From IMG/VR virus record IMGVR_UViG_3300030419_008158, positions 62,001 through 126,000 of that record: DNA of 64,000 nucleotides, one strand, 5' to 3'. Each line of letters opens with the position of its first letter. Position 1 is the first letter of the stretch. Both the position numbers and the translations under genes were made by a program. Shown piece by piece: positions 59,850 through 64,000 of this stretch. The notes below the pieces were generated by a model that saw only the letters and a program-made list of their open reading frames with translations, was not told the DNA's origin and did not search any database.

Positions 59850-59885
59850 TGCAATTAGAGGTTCTATTGCTGCTGATAGTGGCAT
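59628..59885 (-). CDS. Spike-associated protein with one copy of the same repeat
   Basis: DIENAYKTARDEGAKTGADSDGIITTL...TTGTGELT. Confidence 0.7.
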   Translation of the reverse strand: MPLSAAIEPLIADIENAYKTARDEGAKTGADSDGIITTLATELSEAIDKYTKSALVVTTGQTGTQQTAPGGNMVPQPTTGTGELT

Positions 59886-59887
59886 TT

Positions 59888-61516
59888 TTATTCTCCAAAG
59901 ATTCTTTCAGACTTAACTTCTGTTATTCTGGGCTTGAGAGTTCCAATTCCAGCTTTAAGATCTGTGGCTGCCTGAACTATCTGAGGAGATGGGGCGCCAA
60001 AGCCGGGTGTTGTATTTTTCAAAGCTGTGGCTGCGAACTTATCAATCTCTTTCATTAGATCGTTCCAAAGGTCTTCCAGCTCTTTGTATTTTATGTAAGG
60101 CTGGGCCTCGCCGTCTCCCGGACCTTTGCCTGCGCCTCCATCTTTTTTCTGTCGACCTAAAAATATTTTGCTTCCACTTATCTGTACAGTTCCATCTGAC
60201 TCGATATAGATGCATGCAAGATCTTTGTCCGGATCTCCTTCTTTGACAATTCTAATAGTCCCCTGGACCTTTTCTAGCTTGGTCGGCAACTTATTTTCAT
60301 ATGCTTTGGTAGGTAAATTTCGAGCAACTATTCTGATGTGATCCGACTTTACAGCGATACATGGTCCCGGGTCCACGGGCTTATAGTCAGTTGCAAATCC
60401 CTTTGCCACTATTTGATCTAGACCCAATTTTTTATCAATATCTGATTTTTCGGATGCATAAATTCTTGCTGCATCAACTACAAAGTCAGGGTCGCCTTCG
60501 CTAGGGTTGGTTTTTGGATTTCCTTGATCGGGCGGAGCGAAACCCTCGTTGGCATTTTCTTCGTCCCTATCTTGTGTTTCGCCTGGATTTTTATCAGTTT
60601 CAAATTTTTCCAGTGAATTCTTGACAACAAAGGGTTTTGTACTATTCTTTTCTCCGCCGGCTTGAGCTTTTTTTCTCTCTTTTTTTGCTTCGTCTGCATC
60701 TGGTTCAAAGTATCGCCCTCGCCCGACAACAACATCAATGGCACCAGATTTTTCAACCACCTTATCGCTAGAATTCGATTTTTCCCGGGCGTCAGGTCGA
60801 ACAACTGCATCGAACCCTCTGTCTGTCCCTAAAGAAATTGCTGTATTATTAGAACCCTGTATTACGAGATCACCCGGGCGATTTGTGAATCTGGGTACAG
60901 GCTCGATAGACATCTGGGCGTACTCTACTGCGTCAGAAATAACTTTTACAATAGCATCATTGAACCCACCGATTACATAGTCTTCCTTATCAGTAGGATC
61001 ATTTGGAAAGCCAGCAATTCTTTTATCGTCTACAGGTATCGAGGCAGATAGTTCACTTTTTGCTACTCTGGAAAAAGATGTCATGTTGACATCTTCATTT
61101 TCTAAATCTTCAGGCACCCTAGAAAGCCAGTAATATGTTCCTGCTCCTTTTGGTGCGATCGGAAGCTCTCTAAAAACCCATACTAGCTCACCTGGCTTTA
61201 TTGGCATTGAAAGATGGCTAGAAAAGAATGGATAGCAAATTAAATCTTGATCCACATCTTCAGATGAGCCGTCAGTTATAAGCCGACAGATAACTGAGTT
61301 TCTGGGAGCTTTGTAATAAAGTTTTTCCTGCCCTTTCAAAAGACCTTCAGGCGTTTCATCAAGTCTCAAAGAAGGATCACACAATGTCTGAATTACAACG
61401 CCTCTGTGAATTATCGGAGTCGAGGATAATTTCGTTATTGCATTTTCTGTTTCATTGAGCCCGCCGCCGCTCTTGGAAGACTTTCCGTAAACAGCTCTTG
61501 AAGCACCATCACTCAT
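59888..61516 (-). CDS. Baseplate hub/spike protein (gp5/gpV-like)
   Basis: YPFFSSHLSMPIKPGELVWV..YYWL (OB-fold-like), PGDLVIQGSNNTAISLG, KSDHIRIVAR and IFLG...S..IF.E; upstream of gp25. Confidence 0.7.
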   Translation of the reverse strand: MSDGASRAVYGKSSKSGGGLNETENAITKLSSTPIIHRGVVIQTLCDPSLRLDETPEGLLKGQEKLYYKAPRNSVICRLITDGSSEDVDQDLICYPFFSSHLSMPIKPGELVWVFRELPIAPKGAGTYYWLSRVPEDLENEDVNMTSFSRVAKSELSASIPVDDKRIAGFPNDPTDKEDYVIGGFNDAIVKVISDAVEYAQMSIEPVPRFTNRPGDLVIQGSNNTAISLGTDRGFDAVVRPDAREKSNSSDKVVEKSGAIDVVVGRGRYFEPDADEAKKERKKAQAGGEKNSTKPFVVKNSLEKFETDKNPGETQDRDEENANEGFAPPDQGNPKTNPSEGDPDFVVDAARIYASEKSDIDKKLGLDQIVAKGFATDYKPVDPGPCIAVKSDHIRIVARNLPTKAYENKLPTKLEKVQGTIRIVKEGDPDKDLACIYIESDGTVQISGSKIFLGRQKKDGGAGKGPGDGEAQPYIKYKELEDLWNDLMKEIDKFAATALKNTTPGFGAPSPQIVQAATDLKAGIGTLKPRITEVKSERIFGE

Positions 61517-61517
61517 T

Positions 61518-61895
61518 TTACCCCTCTATTTTCTCAAAAATATCGTCTGCATTGACCATTTTTTGAGCTTCTATTTCTTTTGTCACCAATCCGGCAAGAG
61601 CAAGGAGCTGATCGTTGGCTTTTGTCATTCTTTCTAGATACTTTACAATAATCGGCCCTAAAGTCGAATGTTCAGCAGCAGTTCCGCCCAGCTCCTTAAA
61701 TGCCTGCGTAAAAAGTGCGCTAGCGCAAACTCTGTCATTTTTTGCATTATTATAAATTTCTAGCCACAAAAACATTTTTCTCTGGTCTAGATTTTCTACA
61801 TTGTCTAAAATCTCTTCAAACTCTGTTATTTTTTTATTTGCATCTTTGTCTGATTCCAGAAGTTTTTCGATTTTTTTTACATCTTGTGCTTTCAT
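61518..61895 (-). CDS. Hypothetical helical protein
   Basis: EIYNNAKNDR, GPIIVKYLE and KANDQLLALA. Confidence 0.65.
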   Translation of the reverse strand: MKAQDVKKIEKLLESDKDANKKITEFEEILDNVENLDQRKMFLWLEIYNNAKNDRVCASALFTQAFKELGGTAAEHSTLGPIIVKYLERMTKANDQLLALAGLVTKEIEAQKMVNADDIFEKIEG

Positions 61896-61903
61896 TTTCA
61901 AAC

Positions 61904-62278
61904 CTATCTATAGTTGCGCCAATTCCACAAAGGGCGCTTTGACAAATAAGTTGTTTTTCTCTGATTGTCGTATGCTTCCTTTTCAAAGGGATTTTGATTG
62001 TACCCTTCTACAAAACTTCTGTGCTTTAGAGAACCCCACAGAAAATAAAAAGTGTAGACAAGCCAGTGAAAAAGAAACAACATCTCAATTTGCTGAATGT
62101 AATGAATCGTCTCATGGCGCTTTGATGTCTTTGACAAAGACCCTCTAGAAAAAACAAAGCACAAAATATTAACTGCTCCAATTTCAATCGGTGACACCTT
62201 TGAAAGCCAAATCGGCACCTTGCTGTTCTCAAAAATCCACGGCGTTCTTCTTGAAAGCCACTTTCTTATGACGGACAT
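61904..62278 (-). CDS. Small zincin-like HExxH protein with hydrophobic segment
   Basis: RHETIHYIQQ.E, a hydrophobic helix and NPFEKEAY (third ligand candidate). Confidence 0.65.
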   Translation of the reverse strand: MSVIRKWLSRRTPWIFENSKVPIWLSKVSPIEIGAVNILCFVFSRGSLSKTSKRHETIHYIQQIEMLFLFHWLVYTFYFLWGSLKHRSFVEGYNQNPFEKEAYDNQRKTTYLSKRPLWNWRNYR

Positions 62279-63021
62279 TATAGACCTCCTTTTTCTTTTT
62301 CTTCCACCACTAATCTAGAATAAATCTTTCTTATTTTGCTCATTGATTTTGTCAAGTGCTTTTTTTCCAAACCGGAAATCTCGCACAAGTAAATGTAAAT
62401 CGACTGTTTATTGATAAAATCAAGCTCTTGAGCATTATCAAACAATTTTTCAACTGCACTAATTGTAATCAGGTCTCTATCGTCAGATAGATGCTCTCTT
62501 ACTTTCTTAACTCTAGCTATGTTTTCAGCTCTATTTTCACTGTTAATGATTAGCTCTTCTGTTGACGGAAGCTCAACATATCTATCAATTTGCTGCTTTA
62601 TCAGAGAATCGCCCTTGCGTGACGTTACTTCGTCCAAATAAACGTGCTTGAAATACTTTTTTCTATGACTATTTGTCGTATTTATTAGAAAGTTTTTAGC
62701 AACTACATTGAAATAGCTGAATGCTTTGGACCCTTTGGCTGGGTCCCACTTATGAAGTGACTTATAAAGAAAAAAGCAACCCTCCTCTATGAGTTCTTGT
62801 GTGTTCATAAGCGGAGACTTAAATCCGTAGACGTAGATCAGACTTTCGACCAATTTTTTCATTGCTGGAAGAATTTCCTGACCGTATACTTGTTCTCTCT
62901 CTTTTTTCTCTTCAGATGTCAGAAACTTTACAATTGAAACTTCTGTATCTTTGGTAAAATACATCACACTTTTTTGACCAGGGCGCCTCTTTATTCTTTT
63001 TCTGCCTTTTTTTGCCGCCAT
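62278..63021 (-). CDS. Phage sigma factor (T4 gp55-like, probably late transcription)
   Basis: N-terminal YF, ELIEEG..FL...KWDPAKGSKAFSYFNVVAKN (sigma region 2-like) and a C-terminal HTH-like segment. Confidence 0.65.
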   Translation of the reverse strand: MAAKKGRKRIKRRPGQKSVMYFTKDTEVSIVKFLTSEEKKEREQVYGQEILPAMKKLVESLIYVYGFKSPLMNTQELIEEGCFFLYKSLHKWDPAKGSKAFSYFNVVAKNFLINTTNSHRKKYFKHVYLDEVTSRKGDSLIKQQIDRYVELPSTEELIINSENRAENIARVKKVREHLSDDRDLITISAVEKLFDNAQELDFINKQSIYIYLCEISGLEKKHLTKSMSKIRKIYSRLVVEEKEKGGL

Positions 63022-63309
63022 TTATTCTGTCTCCTGTTCTATGTTTTCTATATTTTTTGTAAGCGCTAAAGCAACTGAGTGCAGAGAATCTCTTACAGCA
63101 CTTATGTCGTTAACGACAGACTTTACTTCGGCACTGTCATAAAACAGGGGGCGCTTTAGTACATCTGACATCGTATCATACTTTTCATCAATTACATCCA
63201 GGCATTCTTCGATGGTGTCTTCAAGGCGAATAATTGTGATTCCCAACTTTATATTCTTGTAGACTGAAATGCTCAAAAGAATTCCTAGTATTGTAGCTAA
63301 GTAAATCAT
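63022..63309 (-). CDS. Small membrane-anchored hypothetical protein
   Basis: N-terminal hydrophobic helix, then coiled coil and LFYDSAEV. Confidence 0.65.
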   Translation of the reverse strand: MIYLATILGILLSISVYKNIKLGITIIRLEDTIEECLDVIDEKYDTMSDVLKRPLFYDSAEVKSVVNDISAVRDSLHSVALALTKNIENIEQETE

Positions 63310-64000
63310 CTATAGGTGTTTTCTCACGATACTCTCAAACTTTTCTTGTAATGCTTCCAAAGAGTGAGATTTGATTAGTTTTTCAGAAAGATTTTTCGCA
63401 TGAGCGCTAAACTGATTGGGTTTTTCATACACAGCTTTCATTTTTCTGCAAAAGTTTCCCTCTCTTGGATTTGCCCAAGCTGATCCGGCTACAAATATTT
63501 TTCCGTCAATTCTAGCAGGAGGTACAGGGCACATATCAAACTTTACTTTCTGAAAACTGGCGCCTTCCAAAAACTCTGTATGGGCAGACCAGTCTGTTGC
63601 AACAACTGGAAGTCCAGAAACTGCTGCCTCAAGCAGGGGCAAACCAAACCCTTCCCCACGAGTTGCAGACATATATCCTATAAGTTTCTGACTCTTGTAA
63701 ACATTTTTCATTTCCTCTCGAGTCATTGTGCCGTGCATCATATAGAGTTTTGGTGCTCTGTCTAAATTCACACTTGAAGAAGCCCTCACCTGTCTTAAAG
63801 TTTTTCTGACCAACTCTCTGTCTATTGTAGTGTCTCTTCCTCTAGATGTCTTTACAATCAACCCTACATCTTTTTTCCCTTCAAACGCCTTCAAAAACCA
63901 AAGAATACTCGATAATAAATTTTTTCTATCTGCATCAGGATTATCGCTAGTTAGAGTGCCTACTGTTAGAAAGTTTTTGTCTGTCGGTATGTCTTCTAAA
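63310..64000 (-). CDS. Glycosyltransferase family 4 (GT-B), C-terminal part
   Basis: Frame open to the window end (...DRKNLL...), with RGEGFGLPLLEAAVSGLPVVATDWS signature. Confidence 0.9.
   Translation of the reverse strand, partial: LEDIPTDKNFLTVGTLTSDNPDADRKNLLSSILWFLKAFEGKKDVGLIVKTSRGRDTTIDRELVRKTLRQVRASSSVNLDRAPKLYMMHGTMTREEMKNVYKSQKLIGYMSATRGEGFGLPLLEAAVSGLPVVATDWSAHTEFLEGASFQKVKFDMCPVPPARIDGKIFVAGSAWANPREGNFCRKMKAVYEKPNQFSAHAKNLSEKLIKSHSLEALQEKFESIVRKHL

Noticed and set aside
506-63765. Numerous plus-strand and alternate-frame ORFs of 60-210 aa in the track
   Set aside because: They lie antisense to, or inside, well-supported minus-strand genes and show no recognisable motifs; treated as shadow ORFs.
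1-64000. Stop-codon reassignment, as in some large phages
   Set aside because: Genes are full length under the standard code, and TAG, TAA and TGA all act as stops at gene junctions.
1-64000. tRNA, rRNA or other structured RNA genes
   Set aside because: Intergenic gaps are at most about 135 nt and are accounted for by terminators, promoter motifs and RBSs; no cloverleaf was recognised.

Overview
The whole 64 kb window is one contiguous, almost gap-free, minus-strand morphogenesis region of a large T4-like myovirus, probably a jumbo or near-jumbo phage. It uses the standard genetic code and AGGAG-type ribosome binding sites. In transcription order (right to left) it encodes: a GT4 glycosyltransferase (partial), a gp55-like sigma factor, an HExxH protein, the spike/hub, two repeat proteins at the spike-tip position, gp25- and gp6-like wedge proteins, and a long run of LamG/beta-helix/Ig-like baseplate and fibre proteins. 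Next comes an embedded RuvC-primase-Mre11/Rad50-fusion block, then TerL, portal, prohead protease, putative internal head proteins, scaffold and major capsid protein. After these are a three-gene cassette (histone-like protein, stand-alone PAS protein, membrane coiled coil), neck/tail-completion proteins, two tandem tail sheath paralogs, tail tube, tail assembly chaperones and the tape measure protein (partial). Main candidates for new biology: (1) dense [S/T]-[G/A/S]-[S/T] motifs apparently enriched in virion-surface proteins, next to a phage glycosyltransferase (possible virion glycosylation); (2) a U7 slippery site joining the gp26-like and gp51-like chaperones (+1/-2 frameshift); (3) a PAS-sensor cassette with its own promoter motif; (4) an ATAnTTA late-promoter motif, the reverse complement of the T4 late core, with a candidate cognate sigma factor; (5) a 1+2 repeat pair that could form a pseudo-trimeric spike tip. 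All product calls come from motif recognition and synteny; no database searches were run.
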